DNA of 64,000 nucleotides from Patescibacteria group bacterium. Its GTDB lineage: Bacteria > Acidobacteriota > Aminicenantia > UBA2199. Shown piece by piece: positions 1 to 10,234 of the stretch (position 1 is the first letter of the stretch; every line of letters begins with the position of its first letter). The DNA is taken from assembly GCA_035528155.1 (NCBI GenBank), contig DATKZA010000035.1, positions 5,840-69,839 of the forward strand. Direction: 5' to 3'. The translations under genes and the position numbers were made by a program. Below the pieces are notes generated by a model, which was not told the DNA's origin, did no database searches, and was given only the letters and a program-made list of their open reading frames with translations.

Positions 1-1
1 T

Positions 2-1180
2 GATGAGCCACCGCTCCCCTTTTCCATGTATACCCGCGCCAAAGTGAAAAACCGGGTGTGCTGTTACCTGGGCTACACCACCCCGGCGGTCGGCCGTATC
101 ATTGGCGAAAATTTGCATTTGTCGCCTTTGTATTCCGGAAAAATCCAGGGCGTCGGTCCCCGCTATTGCCCTTCCATTGAGGACAAGATCGTCAAGTTCC
201 CCGGCCGTGAAAGGCACCATTTTTACCTGGAGCCGGAAGGGATGGACAACAAGGAAATTTACGTCAACGGCCTCTCTTCCAGCCTGCCGGTTGAAATTCA
301 AAGAAAAATCCTGCAGGCCATCCCCGGTCTGGACAAAGCGCGGATAATGCGCCCGGCCTACGCCATCGAGTATGACGCCATTCAGCCAACCCAACTGAAT
401 GCCAGTCTGGAAAGCCGGCAGATCGAAAACTTGTTTTTTGCTGGCCAGGTCAACGGCACATCGGGTTATGAGGAAGCCGCCGGCCAGGGGCTCATGGCCG
501 GGATCAACGCTGTGCTCAAGGCCAGGGGCGAAGCGCCGTTCGTCCTGGACCGCCAGGAAGCCTATCTCGGGGTCATGGTGGACGATATTGTGCGCAGCGG
601 CGTCGATGAGCCGTACCGCCTGTTCACGGCGCGGGCCGAGTATCGCCTGCAACTGCGCGAAGATAACGTCTTCGAACGCCTGGGCGGACACGCCCTCCGG
701 CTGGGCCTGGTTTCACGGCGCGATCACAACCGGGAAATGCGCAAGCTGAATCGGCGCCTGCAACTGATCGAAAAACTGGCTGTGCTCAAGGGTTATTTCG
801 ACGGCAAGACGGAAACGCTTTTCAAAATTTTAAAGCGTCCTGGAATGACCTTTGATGACTTGGAAAGGCTGCACCGGCAGCCCTTGCTTGATAAAAAGAC
901 CCTGACCGACGTCTCCTACATCGAGGCCTGCGTCAAGTACGAGGGCTATATCGATATCCAGAAAAGGGAAGTTGCCAGGATGAAGAAAATGCAAAAAGTG
1001 GCCATTCCGGCCGACCTGGATTTCGCCGTGATCGAGGGGCTTTCCACGGAAATGAAACAGAAACTGTCCCGGTCGCGGCCGGGCACCCTGGGCGATGCGG
1101 CGCGCATCCCCGGCGTGACCCCGGCCGCCGTTAACGCCATCAGCATCCACCTGACGTTAAAATACAGGCAAGGATCGTGA
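2..1180 (+). CDS. mnmG: tRNA uridine 5-carboxymethylaminomethyl modification enzyme MnmG/GidA, C-terminal ~385 aa; 5' end lies outside window
   Basis: Translation contains GidA hallmark stretches (GPRYCPSIEDK, YLEPEG, FFAGQVNGTSGYEEAAGQG) and the C-terminal GidA-associated domain; the frame is open from the window start. Confidence 0.9.
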   Translation, partial: DEPPLPFSMYTRAKVKNRVCCYLGYTTPAVGRIIGENLHLSPLYSGKIQGVGPRYCPSIEDKIVKFPGRERHHFYLEPEGMDNKEIYVNGLSSSLPVEIQRKILQAIPGLDKARIMRPAYAIEYDAIQPTQLNASLESRQIENLFFAGQVNGTSGYEEAAGQGLMAGINAVLKARGEAPFVLDRQEAYLGVMVDDIVRSGVDEPYRLFTARAEYRLQLREDNVFERLGGHALRLGLVSRRDHNREMRKLNRRLQLIEKLAVLKGYFDGKTETLFKILKRPGMTFDDLERLHRQPLLDKKTLTDVSYIEACVKYEGYIDIQKREVARMKKMQKVAIPADLDFAVIEGLSTEMKQKLSRSRPGTLGDAARIPGVTPAAVNAISIHLTLKYRQGS

Positions 1181-1291
1181 GCGCAGCGGAGCGGAGCGTT
1201 TTCATTTAATACGGATCGCGCTTGTTCCCGGCTTTGTTCATCTTACTTACCCGGGATTTGATATTTGCCGGGTTTTGGGTTATGAAGAACG

Positions 1292-3073
1292 ATGATGAAA
1301 TTCCTGATCCTGATTCTTTCCGCCCTGCCGCTGCTCGGCAGCACTCCGGACTACACGACCGGAAAGATCCTTAACATGTCCGGAAAAAAAATATTGCTGA
1401 TGGATCAATGGCAGATCCGCATGGGCGATCAATGGGAATGGGCGGTGAATCCCGGGAAGGACTCTTCGTGGAAACCCGTCATTTTTAGGCAGCCCCCGCC
1501 TGACGGCGATCAAACCTCGGCACAGGGAAATTTTTGGCTGCAGACCACCATTACCCTGCAGGGAAAAAAAGATGAAACATACCCGTTGATGCTTTTTTTT
1601 ATCGAACTTCCCTCCGCTTTTGAGATTTTCTGGGACGGCATTCCCTTCGCCCGCAACGGCCGGGTGGGGAAAGACCGGCGCGGGGAAACGCCCGGGAAGA
1701 TACGCGGTTTCCTACTCCTTCCCATCCACAAAACGACAAGCGGAGCGCATCGGCTTTCGATTCGTGTATCCAATTTTCATATTCATAAAACAAATCATGA
1801 ATTCGAAATTCTTTGCGGATACAGCTCCGTATTGAACGACTTGACCGGTCAGAGAAAGGAGGAGAACCTTCTTTATATGGGGCTCTTTTTGACGGCGGCC
1901 CTGTTTTCGCTTTTTCTTTTCCTGGGAGGGTGGCGCTATTTTCCGGCCCTATTCTTCAGCGTCTTTACATTTTTTCTTTTTTTCAATTACTTCTGGTTCT
2001 ATCTCCTCCGTTCCAATTCCCTAAAGGTGCCCCTCTTTTACTGGCTGAATCCTGTTTTTACATCGGCCGGCACGATCTCCTTCCTATTTTGCAATGTCTT
2101 CCTACTCTGGCATTTGGAAATCCCGCGGAGAAAATTTATTTTATGGATACTGTGTATTTCCTCCTCATTGCGGCTTATCAGCCAATTCCTGTTCCAATGG
2201 GAGTTCTGGCATTTGGATCTTTTTATTGCCCTTGTCATGTTGGGATTGATATTTCAACAATTCCGGAAAAAGAAAACAGGAAGCGCTACCGCTTTGCTCG
2301 GATATTCTTTTTTCCTGTTTGATTGGCTGGTTGACCTTCTGGTACCGCTGCTGCCCGTTCTCGCGTTTCTCGATGCACCTTTTATCAGTCTGCTGGCCTA
2401 TTCCATTTTCCTGGTCGGACTCATGGGGTCGGTCACCCTGAAGATGCGCGAGCAATTCCGCACCCTTGACTCCCTGCGTTTCCGTTCGCAACGACTGGAG
2501 GCGGAGCTGCTGAAAAAATACATCCAGCCGCACTTCATCATGAACACCCTGCAATCGATCAAATCGTTCCTGGCCCGGGACAGCGCCAAGGCTGAAAAGC
2601 TGATCGAGGCCCTGGCCGGAGAGTTCCGTCTCATCAACCGCATATCGGGGGAGATCGTGATCCCTCTCGAGGAAGAATTGCATTTGTGTAGGTTCCATCT
2701 CGAATTGATGGGATATCGGCGCAATGCCAGATACCAGCTGTCGACGGAAGGGGACTGCTCCAAGTTTTCCATTCCTCCCATGGTATTGCATACCCTGATC
2801 GAAAACGGCCTGACCCACGCATTTAAACCCGCTGAAAATGGCATTTTCCGATTCCACTGCGCCAGGCACGAGCAGCGGATCGTTTATCGCCTGGAAAACG
2901 ACGGTTCCAACCTGGCGGAAATGCTCAAGGGCTCCAGCGAGCAAATCGAGGAGGGGATGGGGATGAAGTACGTCCGGGCCAGGCTGGCGGAGGCCTACCG
3001 GGAGAGTTGGCGTCTCCATTATGGCGTGGACCGGGGAAACTGGTTCGTCCAAATTGAAATAGAGGAAGGATGA
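1292..3073 (+). CDS. LytS-type sensor histidine kinase: N-terminal 7TMR-DISMED2-like periplasmic region, 7-TM block, C-terminal His_kinase/HATPase
   Basis: Signal peptide/TM followed by a periplasmic segment, then about 7 hydrophobic helices (residues ~200-370). The C-terminus carries the LytS-family motif HFIMNTLQSI and an ATPase region (HTLIENGLTHAF). The 4-nt overlap with the downstream LytTR regulator marks an operon. Confidence 0.75.
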   Translation: MMKFLILILSALPLLGSTPDYTTGKILNMSGKKILLMDQWQIRMGDQWEWAVNPGKDSSWKPVIFRQPPPDGDQTSAQGNFWLQTTITLQGKKDETYPLMLFFIELPSAFEIFWDGIPFARNGRVGKDRRGETPGKIRGFLLLPIHKTTSGAHRLSIRVSNFHIHKTNHEFEILCGYSSVLNDLTGQRKEENLLYMGLFLTAALFSLFLFLGGWRYFPALFFSVFTFFLFFNYFWFYLLRSNSLKVPLFYWLNPVFTSAGTISFLFCNVFLLWHLEIPRRKFILWILCISSSLRLISQFLFQWEFWHLDLFIALVMLGLIFQQFRKKKTGSATALLGYSFFLFDWLVDLLVPLLPVLAFLDAPFISLLAYSIFLVGLMGSVTLKMREQFRTLDSLRFRSQRLEAELLKKYIQPHFIMNTLQSIKSFLARDSAKAEKLIEALAGEFRLINRISGEIVIPLEEELHLCRFHLELMGYRRNARYQLSTEGDCSKFSIPPMVLHTLIENGLTHAFKPAENGIFRFHCARHEQRIVYRLENDGSNLAEMLKGSSEQIEEGMGMKYVRARLAEAYRESWRLHYGVDRGNWFVQIEIEEG

Positions 3074-3768
3074 GAATCCTCATCGTCGAGGATGAACCGC
3101 CCATCGCCGATGACATCGAACGCTGCACCCGCTCCCTGCTGGGCGAACGGGTCCGCAGCATCGATGTGGTATATACCTTGGAGGAAGCCAGCCAGCGGCT
3201 GCGCAGCCGGGCGATCGACCTTTGCCTGCTCGATCTGAACCTGAGCGGCGCCGACGGCTACGATCTCCTCAAACAGGTCCTGGCCATGCCGCAGCAGGTC
3301 ATCATCGTTTCCGCCCATGCCGAGAAGGCGATCACGGCATTTGAATATGGGGTCATCGATTTTATCGCCAAGCCCTTCACCCGCGAGAGGCTGCAAAAGG
3401 CCTTTGACCGCTATCTGGGCAAGGGGCCGGGCTCTTCTCACTTGAAATACCTGGTGTACCGTTGCGGCAGCGAAAACCGCCTGCAGGAGATCGATCAGAT
3501 CGTTTTTTTCAAGGCGGCCAGGGTTTTCGTGGAGGCCTATCTCCAGGATAGGCGAAAAATTCTCCTGGAAAAACACTTGAACCAGCTCGAAAGGATCCTG
3601 CCGGAGGGCTTCGTCCGCGTCCATCGTTCCTATATCGTGAATCTCAGTCATGTCGGGCATTACCTTCATTGCGGTGAAAGCCGGTACCGGTTGCATTTGA
3701 AGGATGGGACGGTCCTGCCGATCAGCCGCTACCGCTACCCGGCGCTGCATCATCTCCTGAAAGAGTAA
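3070..3768 (+). CDS. LytR/AlgR-family response regulator (REC + LytTR DNA-binding domain)
   Basis: N-terminus MRILIVEDEP...LLDLNL with a phospho-acceptor Asp context. The C-terminal LytTR region reads RVHRSYIVNL. Confidence 0.85.
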   Translation: MRILIVEDEPPIADDIERCTRSLLGERVRSIDVVYTLEEASQRLRSRAIDLCLLDLNLSGADGYDLLKQVLAMPQQVIIVSAHAEKAITAFEYGVIDFIAKPFTRERLQKAFDRYLGKGPGSSHLKYLVYRCGSENRLQEIDQIVFFKAARVFVEAYLQDRRKILLEKHLNQLERILPEGFVRVHRSYIVNLSHVGHYLHCGESRYRLHLKDGTVLPISRYRYPALHHLLKE

Positions 3769-4003
3769 GTTTCCCTTCCGATCCTTTCCTGTTTCCGGAA
3801 GGAATTCACGCGGCCAACCGGCCGATCGTGACCATTGGGAAAAACATATCGCGCTTGGGAAAAAAACCTGCACCATTCCATACCATGTTGGCGTAATGTG
3901 TTATGGACGCGCGAGGCGCGCCGGGAAAACAACAAATGATTCATGAGAAACATTTTTTTCGTGGGGCCAGCGGTCGAGAAAAAAATGAAGCAAGTGCCAG
4001 GAG

Positions 4004-4432
4004 GTGGATCCCGTGGAAACCAAATTGACGAACAGCCAGGTCGGGACGGGGTTGGAGCCATTTCTGACCAAACCGGGTTTTATCATCGATTACACCTGGA
4101 TGCAGACACAATGCCAATTCCGGGCATCCTTCTGGAATGATCTGCAGGCAGAGCGATCCCTGGAAGAGACCATGGAATCCCTGGCCCTCTGCTATCTGAG
4201 CACCAACCTGAACTTCAGGAAAATTCCCCTGAAGGGATTCACGGAAAGCATCGAAGAAAATATCCTGCGCGCCTGCCTGCGCCTGACCCAGGGCAACCAG
4301 AAAAATGCCGCTGCGGTTTTGCACCTCAAGCCGACCACGCTGTTCGAAAAAATGCGCAAGCTCGGCATCAACGGCCGGCGCATAAAATTGTCCGGAAAAC
4401 TCGAAACCAAGTCGATCAAGGAAAACGAGTAA
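4004..4432 (+). CDS. small DNA-binding protein with C-terminal Fis-type HTH
   Basis: C-terminal NILRACLRLTQGNQKNAAAVLHLKPTTLFEKMRKLGI is a typical Fis/NtrC-type HTH. The start codon is uncertain and the N-terminal part has no recognisable domain. Confidence 0.45.
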   Translation: MDPVETKLTNSQVGTGLEPFLTKPGFIIDYTWMQTQCQFRASFWNDLQAERSLEETMESLALCYLSTNLNFRKIPLKGFTESIEENILRACLRLTQGNQKNAAAVLHLKPTTLFEKMRKLGINGRRIKLSGKLETKSIKENE

Positions 4433-4646
4433 GCGATCTCTCCCTGCCCGCCTTGACAATGCGGTGCTGCCGGAAAACCATGATGCAAGTCAATCCGGGC
4501 AGCCTTGAGATGTAACCTTTGCATTGATCAGGCGGTATAGCTAAATGTTTTTCCGTTTCCGAGGCAGCCATGCGCACGTTTGTTGGCTGGAAGGAAAACA
4601 GCGGGGAAATGAAGGCAAGAAATTTGAAACGAAAGGGAGAAAGGCC

Positions 4647-7055
4647 ATGATCAAGCATCACCTGCGAATCGCTTTGCGGAGGGTGCGTCGCCAAAAAATC
4701 CTTACCCTGATCAACGTGCTGGGCTTGGCCATCGGCATGGCCGGGGCTTTTTTTATTCTTCTCTGGGTGCATGACGAACGAAATTATGACAGGTTTCATC
4801 AAAACGCCGAGCGCATCTATCGCGTCAATCAAGCCTTCCATTACGGCGACTACCACCTGGAACAAACCCAGACGCCAGCTGTTCTGGCGGAAACAATCAG
4901 GGAGGAGTGCCCTGAAGTGGAGATGGTAACCCGGGTGCGGGGATTCAGGGATGAGAATCTGGTGGTGGCTGCCGGTCGCAAGTTTAATGAACCCGGATTG
5001 GGGATTGCCGATGAATCATTTTTCCGGTTCTTTTCATTTCCCCTCGTTTGCGGCGATGCCGCTACCGTTTTGGCGAATCCCAACACGGTGGCCATCTCCG
5101 AGAAAACAGCCAAAAAATATTTTGGCGATGCGCAGGCAATGGGTCGCGTTTTATCCATTTTCGATCAGGACTTCACCGTCACCGGCGTGTACAAGGATAT
5201 GCCGAACGGGTCGCATTTTCATCTTGATGTCCTTTGTTCTTTTGCTTCCTTTGCCCAATACCAGCAACCTGCCTGGGGAATAAATGTGTTCAAGACCTAT
5301 GTGCTCCTGCGTGAAGGCGGCCGCGTCGCCGCCTTGGGAGAAAAACTGCAGGGCATTGTGAAAAATCACATGTTCCACTCGCCGGAGCAATATGAAACGG
5401 TGTTTGCCAGGGGCGATTACACCAGATTCCTTTTGCAGCCCTTGACGGACATCCACCTTAATTCCCACCTGCTGTGGGAGTTTGAAGCCAATGGCAACGG
5501 GACGTACGTCGCCTTCTTTGCGATCATCGCCGTGTTCATTCTACTCCTTGCCGGCATCAATTATATGAACCTTTCTACGGCACGGTCGGCTGACCGTGCC
5601 AGGGAAATCGGCATTCGCAAGGCGGTGGGTTCCTCGCGTTCCCCCTTGATCCGCCAGTTTTTGACAGAGTCGGTGCTGACGAGCCTCCTGGCGTTGCTCC
5701 TCGCTTTCACCGCGCTGCCGCTGCTCATGCCGGCATTTCGCAACTTGGTGGGGAAACCATGGCTGACAATCCCTTTTTTCGATCATCCGCTTTTGCTTTT
5801 GCCGCTGCTCCTCCTGGCCCTACTGATCGGGATTGCCGCCGGGATTTATCCCGCCTTCATCCTCTCTTCTTTCAAGCCGGCAGCGGTTTTGGTTGGCAAA
5901 GCGGAGCGAGGCGCGAAAAGTTCCGGCTTGCGAAACGGCCTGGTCGTTTTTCAGTTTTTCATCACCGCGGTTCTTTTGGTACTGACGCTGGTCGTTCAAA
6001 AACAGATGAACTTCATCCAGAACCGGGACCTGGGTTATGATGAGGAGCAGGTTGTCGTCATCAATACCTACGGTGAAATGGCAGCCAAACTTCCCGTCTT
6101 GAAAGAAGCACTTCTGCAAAATCCGGAGATCGTGTCAACCAGCGCATCGTCGAGTGTCCCCGGTTCGCAATTCACCAATATCGGCATGGGGCTTGAAGGT
6201 GTCCATTCTTCTCAGGGGACCAATCTGTACATTGCTGATGCCGACTTTCTGAAAACCATGCAAATGGAGATGGCGGCAGGCCGTTTTTTCTCCGAACTCA
6301 TTCCCGGCGATAAACAAGCTGTCGTACTCAACGAAAGCATGGCCCGTTTTCTTTCAGCGGATGATTTGCTCAATAAGCGCATGTTGATTTGGGTGGGTGG
6401 CGAGGGTAGAAAGCCCTTTCAGGTCATCGGCATTGTCAAGGATTTTCATTATGAATCTTTTCATGAAGCGGTCAAACCCATGGTGATCGTGAAGTTGAAC
6501 GGGGCCTGCCCCTGGTCGGAGTCGTATTTCTCCATTCGGGTTCGCAGCAGAAGCATGCGTAAAACCGTGGGCCAGATCCATGAGACCTGGAAAAAAATCA
6601 TGCCGGGCACTCCTTTTGAATATTCTTTCCTGGATTCCATTTACGATGCCCAGCACCGGAACGAAAAGCGCACGGGCCGGGTTTTTACGCTATTCACCCT
6701 GTTTATGATTTTTGTGGCCTGCCTGGGCTTGCTGGGGCTGGCATCCTTCGCCGTGGCAAAACGAGGCAAGGAGATAGCGATCCGCAAGGTGATGGGGGCT
6801 TCGGCAAATCGCATCGTTCTGATGCTGACCGGCGATTTCACCCGCTGGGCGGCTCTGGCCAATCTCATCGCCTGGCCGGTTGCCTACTATCTCACGGCCC
6901 AATGGCTGAGGCAATTCGCTTTTCGTACCGACATCGGGATTTGGCCTTTTGTTTCCGCCACAATGATCATTCTGGCCATCACGTGCTTGACGGTGATCTT
7001 CCATGCTTTCAAGGCCGCATCCACAAATCCGGTGCGGAACCTGCACTGCGAATAA
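4647..7055 (+). CDS. FtsX-family ABC transporter permease (MacB-like, two FtsX/4-TM modules with periplasmic domains)
   Basis: MIKHHLRIALRRVRRQKILTLINVLGLAIGMA is the canonical FtsX/MacB N-terminus. A second 4-TM FtsX module lies at the C-terminus. No ATPase is adjacent. Confidence 0.8.
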   Translation: MIKHHLRIALRRVRRQKILTLINVLGLAIGMAGAFFILLWVHDERNYDRFHQNAERIYRVNQAFHYGDYHLEQTQTPAVLAETIREECPEVEMVTRVRGFRDENLVVAAGRKFNEPGLGIADESFFRFFSFPLVCGDAATVLANPNTVAISEKTAKKYFGDAQAMGRVLSIFDQDFTVTGVYKDMPNGSHFHLDVLCSFASFAQYQQPAWGINVFKTYVLLREGGRVAALGEKLQGIVKNHMFHSPEQYETVFARGDYTRFLLQPLTDIHLNSHLLWEFEANGNGTYVAFFAIIAVFILLLAGINYMNLSTARSADRAREIGIRKAVGSSRSPLIRQFLTESVLTSLLALLLAFTALPLLMPAFRNLVGKPWLTIPFFDHPLLLLPLLLLALLIGIAAGIYPAFILSSFKPAAVLVGKAERGAKSSGLRNGLVVFQFFITAVLLVLTLVVQKQMNFIQNRDLGYDEEQVVVINTYGEMAAKLPVLKEALLQNPEIVSTSASSSVPGSQFTNIGMGLEGVHSSQGTNLYIADADFLKTMQMEMAAGRFFSELIPGDKQAVVLNESMARFLSADDLLNKRMLIWVGGEGRKPFQVIGIVKDFHYESFHEAVKPMVIVKLNGACPWSESYFSIRVRSRSMRKTVGQIHETWKKIMPGTPFEYSFLDSIYDAQHRNEKRTGRVFTLFTLFMIFVACLGLLGLASFAVAKRGKEIAIRKVMGASANRIVLMLTGDFTRWAALANLIAWPVAYYLTAQWLRQFAFRTDIGIWPFVSATMIILAITCLTVIFHAFKAASTNPVRNLHCE

Positions 7056-7104
7056 CGCATGCATCATGAAAAGACACGCATGAAGATCGGTTTGATAATT
7101 CTAT

Positions 7105-7809
7105 TCAAAGGACGGCGGAAAAGCCGAACCAGATTTCCGTATCTTCATTGACCTCGTCGAGCAGCGGGATCATTACGTTGAGCGAAGGGGTCAGCGTCAG
7201 CCCGCCCCATTTCAGCGGCAGCCTGGCGTAGAGATCGATGTCGGAAACCCCCGTCGTGTCGATGTACTGCCTGCTGTTGAAGCCGACTAGCCCGCCCACT
7301 TCCACACCCAGCTTCTCGCTCACCTGCCATTCATGGCTGGCGCCGAGAGTGACGTAAAGGCCGCTGCCCAGGTTGACATCGTAGTAGAGGCAAAGTTCCG
7401 GCGCCATGGGCAGGCCGGTCGCGGCAACCGCGGCGAACACCTCCTGCGAGGTGTGGTCCCTGAACTTGAAATCTTCCGCGAACCAGTAGCCGTAGTGGAT
7501 CAAGCCGGCGCTCAGTTCCCAGCCCCCGGGCATCTCGAAGGCGTACGCGAGGGTCAGGTCGATCTCGTCGGAGTAACTGAACGTGCCGCGCTGCGCCAGG
7601 GCGAAGCTGCCCCAGACGTTTATTGAAAGTCCGCTCTTGCCCAGGTCGAAAGTGAGCGCAGGCTGGATGGCCGCGTGGTTTTCGGGCAGCAAATCGAAGC
7701 CGCGCCAGATATAGCGGCTGACCAGGTCGACCTGTCCTGAGACTGCTCCGCCAAGCGGCAGCGCCGCGCCGGCCAGGCAAGCGAGCAGCAACAATACGAA
7801 TCTTTTCAT
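7105..7809 (-). CDS. TorF-like outer-membrane beta-barrel (gcw_chp family), signal peptide
   Basis: MKRFVLLLLACLAGAAL signal peptide; the motif SRYIWRGFDL is typical of the gcw_chp/TorF family. A strong SD (AAGGAGG) precedes the ATG. The track ORF starts further upstream at a TTG. Confidence 0.65.
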   Translation of the reverse strand: MKRFVLLLLACLAGAALPLGGAVSGQVDLVSRYIWRGFDLLPENHAAIQPALTFDLGKSGLSINVWGSFALAQRGTFSYSDEIDLTLAYAFEMPGGWELSAGLIHYGYWFAEDFKFRDHTSQEVFAAVAATGLPMAPELCLYYDVNLGSGLYVTLGASHEWQVSEKLGVEVGGLVGFNSRQYIDTTGVSDIDLYARLPLKWGGLTLTPSLNVMIPLLDEVNEDTEIWFGFSAVL

Positions 7810-7988
7810 GCCGCCTCCTTGAATCATCCCAATGAACTGGCAGCAAGTGTCCCGCAAATCATATCACAAAAGGAAACCGGGCGGGGAGAGGCCTGCACGC
7901 TCCTGAGATCGTATTTCATATTATGTGTACCCCGCCCGTCAGGTCCCGGCATGGAATGCTTGGATTCAGGCACTTTCCAAAAATGCGG

Positions 7989-8017
7989 GTTGACAATAAA
8001 GGCAACGTTGCGCAAAA
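7989..8017 (+). promoter_or_regulatory. candidate sigma70 promoter for the Lol-like operon (TTGACA - 17 nt - CAAAAT)
   Basis: Perfect -35 hexamer, 17-nt spacer and a 4/6 -10 hexamer about 40 nt upstream of the ATG at 8058. Confidence 0.3.
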
Positions 8018-8057
8018 TGAAAAAGGTTGTTCGCTTGCGAACGAAAAGGAGATATAC

Positions 8058-8858
8058 ATGAGAAAGAAATTCTGTCCGGGTTCGTTGATTTATACAACGC
8101 TGGGTTGGCTGCTGTTTTCTTTTGCCGCCGTCGCTTTCGCCCAGGCCGCTCCCGGTCGGGCGGATGCCAGGGAGATCGTCAAAAAGATGGATGAACTGTA
8201 TCGCAGCCAATCCAGCGCGGTCGTGATGGAGATGGAGATCATTACGCCGCACTGGCGGCGAACCTTGAAAATGAATGTCTGGAGCGTCGGCATGGACAAA
8301 ACCTTCATTCGTATCGTTGAACCAAAAAAAGAGGCCGGCATGGCCACGCTGCGCATGGGCAGCGAGATGTGGAACTATCTCCCCAAGACCGACAAAGTGA
8401 TAAAAATCCCTCCCTCCATGATGATGGGATCGTGGATGGGTTCGGATTTTACCAACGATGACCTGGTAAAGGAATATACTTTCCTGGAGGATTACACCTT
8501 TGATTTTGTGGAAGTGGAAAAGCCGCAAGCGGGCGTGGTGACCGTGAAGTGCGTGCCCAGGGAAGGGTTGCCCATCGTGTGGGGAACCATCGTCGTCGCC
8601 GTCCGCGCAAAGGATCACATCCCCCTCTGGATGAAATACTACGATGAAAAGGGCAAGCTGATGCGGCAGATCGCCTACAGCGAGATCAAGGCCTTCGGCA
8701 GGCGCACCATCCCGGCGGTGATGGAGCTGGTGCCGACTCAAAAAGAGGGGAACAAAACCATTGTCCGTTACCTGGAGGCCCGATTCGACGGCGTCGTGGA
8801 GAAGGAGATCTTCACCCTGCGCAACCTGAGATCCAGGAGCCTGGCGGACGGCAAGTGA
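8058..8858 (+). CDS. LolA-like outer-membrane lipoprotein-sorting family protein (periplasmic), signal peptide
   Basis: The ATG at 8058 is preceded by AAGGAG. It has a signal peptide (LLFSFAAVAFAQA) and LolA_like-family blocks (EMWNYLPKTDKVIKIPPSMMMGSWMGSDFTNDDL). It is the first gene of the LolCDE-like cluster. Confidence 0.7.
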   Translation: MRKKFCPGSLIYTTLGWLLFSFAAVAFAQAAPGRADAREIVKKMDELYRSQSSAVVMEMEIITPHWRRTLKMNVWSVGMDKTFIRIVEPKKEAGMATLRMGSEMWNYLPKTDKVIKIPPSMMMGSWMGSDFTNDDLVKEYTFLEDYTFDFVEVEKPQAGVVTVKCVPREGLPIVWGTIVVAVRAKDHIPLWMKYYDEKGKLMRQIAYSEIKAFGRRTIPAVMELVPTQKEGNKTIVRYLEARFDGVVEKEIFTLRNLRSRSLADGK

Positions 8859-8870
8859 TGGAGTGACGTC

Positions 8871-10094
8871 ATGATCATGCTGAAGATCGCGTTTCGAAAT
8901 ATTTTCCGGCAAAAAAGACGCTCCACGCTGACGGCGCTGAGCATGTTCGGCGGGTTTGTTCTGGCGGCGTTCTTCATAGGATTTTCCGAAGGCACCTACA
9001 ACGATATCATCAACAAATTCACCCGCAGCCAGACCGGGCATATCCAGGTGCACCGTAAAGGCTACCTGGCCCATCCCTCCCTGTACAAAACCATCGACCT
9101 GCCGGAGCGGGCGGCAAAGATCCTGGGGCAAATGGATAAAGTGGATTCCTGGGCGCCGCGTCTCTATTCCGCGGGCTTGGCTTCGCTGGGCGACAAAAGC
9201 ACCGGGGTGCGGATCATCGGTATTGATCCGGAAAAAGAGGTGCGAACCACCAAGTTCGCGGAAAAAGTCATCGCCGGGTCCATGTTTGCGGCCAATGATG
9301 CCCATGCGGTGATGATCGGCAAGGGACTGGCCAGACTTTTGCATGGGGCTGTGGGCCAGGATGCGGTGATCGTATCCCAGGCGGCGGATGGGTCCATCGC
9401 CAACGACCGGTACAAGATCGTGGGCATCCTGGAGAGCGGCGACGAGATCGGCGATCGCTCGTCCTTTTACCTTCCCCTGGCCGCCGCCCAGGAGCTGCTG
9501 GTTCTGGAGGGACGCATCCATGAGATCGCCGTCACGGCCCGCACTCTGCATGATGTGGCCCCGCTTGACAAAATCCTGGAGAAAAAATTAGCCGCAGTGG
9601 ACGCCCGGCTGTCGGTAGAACCCTGGCAGGAGTTCGCCAGGTCCTTTTACATCGCCATGCAGGCCGATAAAGCCGGCATGTGGATCTCGCTGCTGATCAT
9701 TGTCCTGGTGGTGGCCGTGGGCGTATTGAACACCGTGTTGATGTCCGTACTGGAGAGGCGGCGGGAGTACGGCCTTTTGAAAGCGGTGGGGACCAAGCCG
9801 GACCAGATCATCAAGATGGTGCTGCTGGAAGTCAATATCCTGGGAGTGATCTGCATTGTCCTGGGAAGCCTGGTGGGGCTGCTTTTGAACTACATCTTTT
9901 CCATCCACGGCATTTCCATGCCCGAACCCATGACCTACGGCGGCATTCAATTTCAACACATGTTTACGGAAATCAATGTCATGAGCTTCACCATCCCGGC
10001 CGTCACCGTGTTTTTGTCGGCCACCCTGGTGGGTTTTTTCCCGGCGTTGAAAGCCGCCCATACCGACCCGGCCAGGTCCATGAGGACCCATTGA
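8871..10094 (+). CDS. FtsX-family ABC permease (LolC/LolE-like, ~407 aa)
   Basis: MIMLKIAFRNIFRQKRRSTLTALSMFGGFVLAAFF is a LolC/E-type N-terminus; the protein has 4 TM helices with a large periplasmic loop. Confidence 0.85.
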   Translation: MIMLKIAFRNIFRQKRRSTLTALSMFGGFVLAAFFIGFSEGTYNDIINKFTRSQTGHIQVHRKGYLAHPSLYKTIDLPERAAKILGQMDKVDSWAPRLYSAGLASLGDKSTGVRIIGIDPEKEVRTTKFAEKVIAGSMFAANDAHAVMIGKGLARLLHGAVGQDAVIVSQAADGSIANDRYKIVGILESGDEIGDRSSFYLPLAAAQELLVLEGRIHEIAVTARTLHDVAPLDKILEKKLAAVDARLSVEPWQEFARSFYIAMQADKAGMWISLLIIVLVVAVGVLNTVLMSVLERRREYGLLKAVGTKPDQIIKMVLLEVNILGVICIVLGSLVGLLLNYIFSIHGISMPEPMTYGGIQFQHMFTEINVMSFTIPAVTVFLSATLVGFFPALKAAHTDPARSMRTH

Positions 10095-10234
10095 ACCGGC
10101 AGGCAGGCAAAGCGAAGGAAATGAAGCCGTGAAAAGGGGAAGGGGAAATGGCATGAAAAAAGACGAAGCACGGCTCACTTTTCACCGCCGGCCGGTCAGC
10201 GCTTGCCCGCCCTCACCGGCCAAGGAGGCCCAGC

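Noticed and set aside
7824-9551. 575-aa minus-strand ORF antisense to the LolA-like and FtsX genes
   Set aside because: It has a His/Arg/Gly/Pro-rich composition typical of a high-GC antisense shadow ORF and no motif. The sense-strand genes have clear family signatures.
10118-10175. Inverted repeat AGCCGTG...CACGGCT in the 140-nt gap between the two FtsX permease genes
   Set aside because: It has 7-bp arms with a 36-nt loop and no U-tract. It is most likely a chance match or a weak mRNA structure, and is not worth a call.
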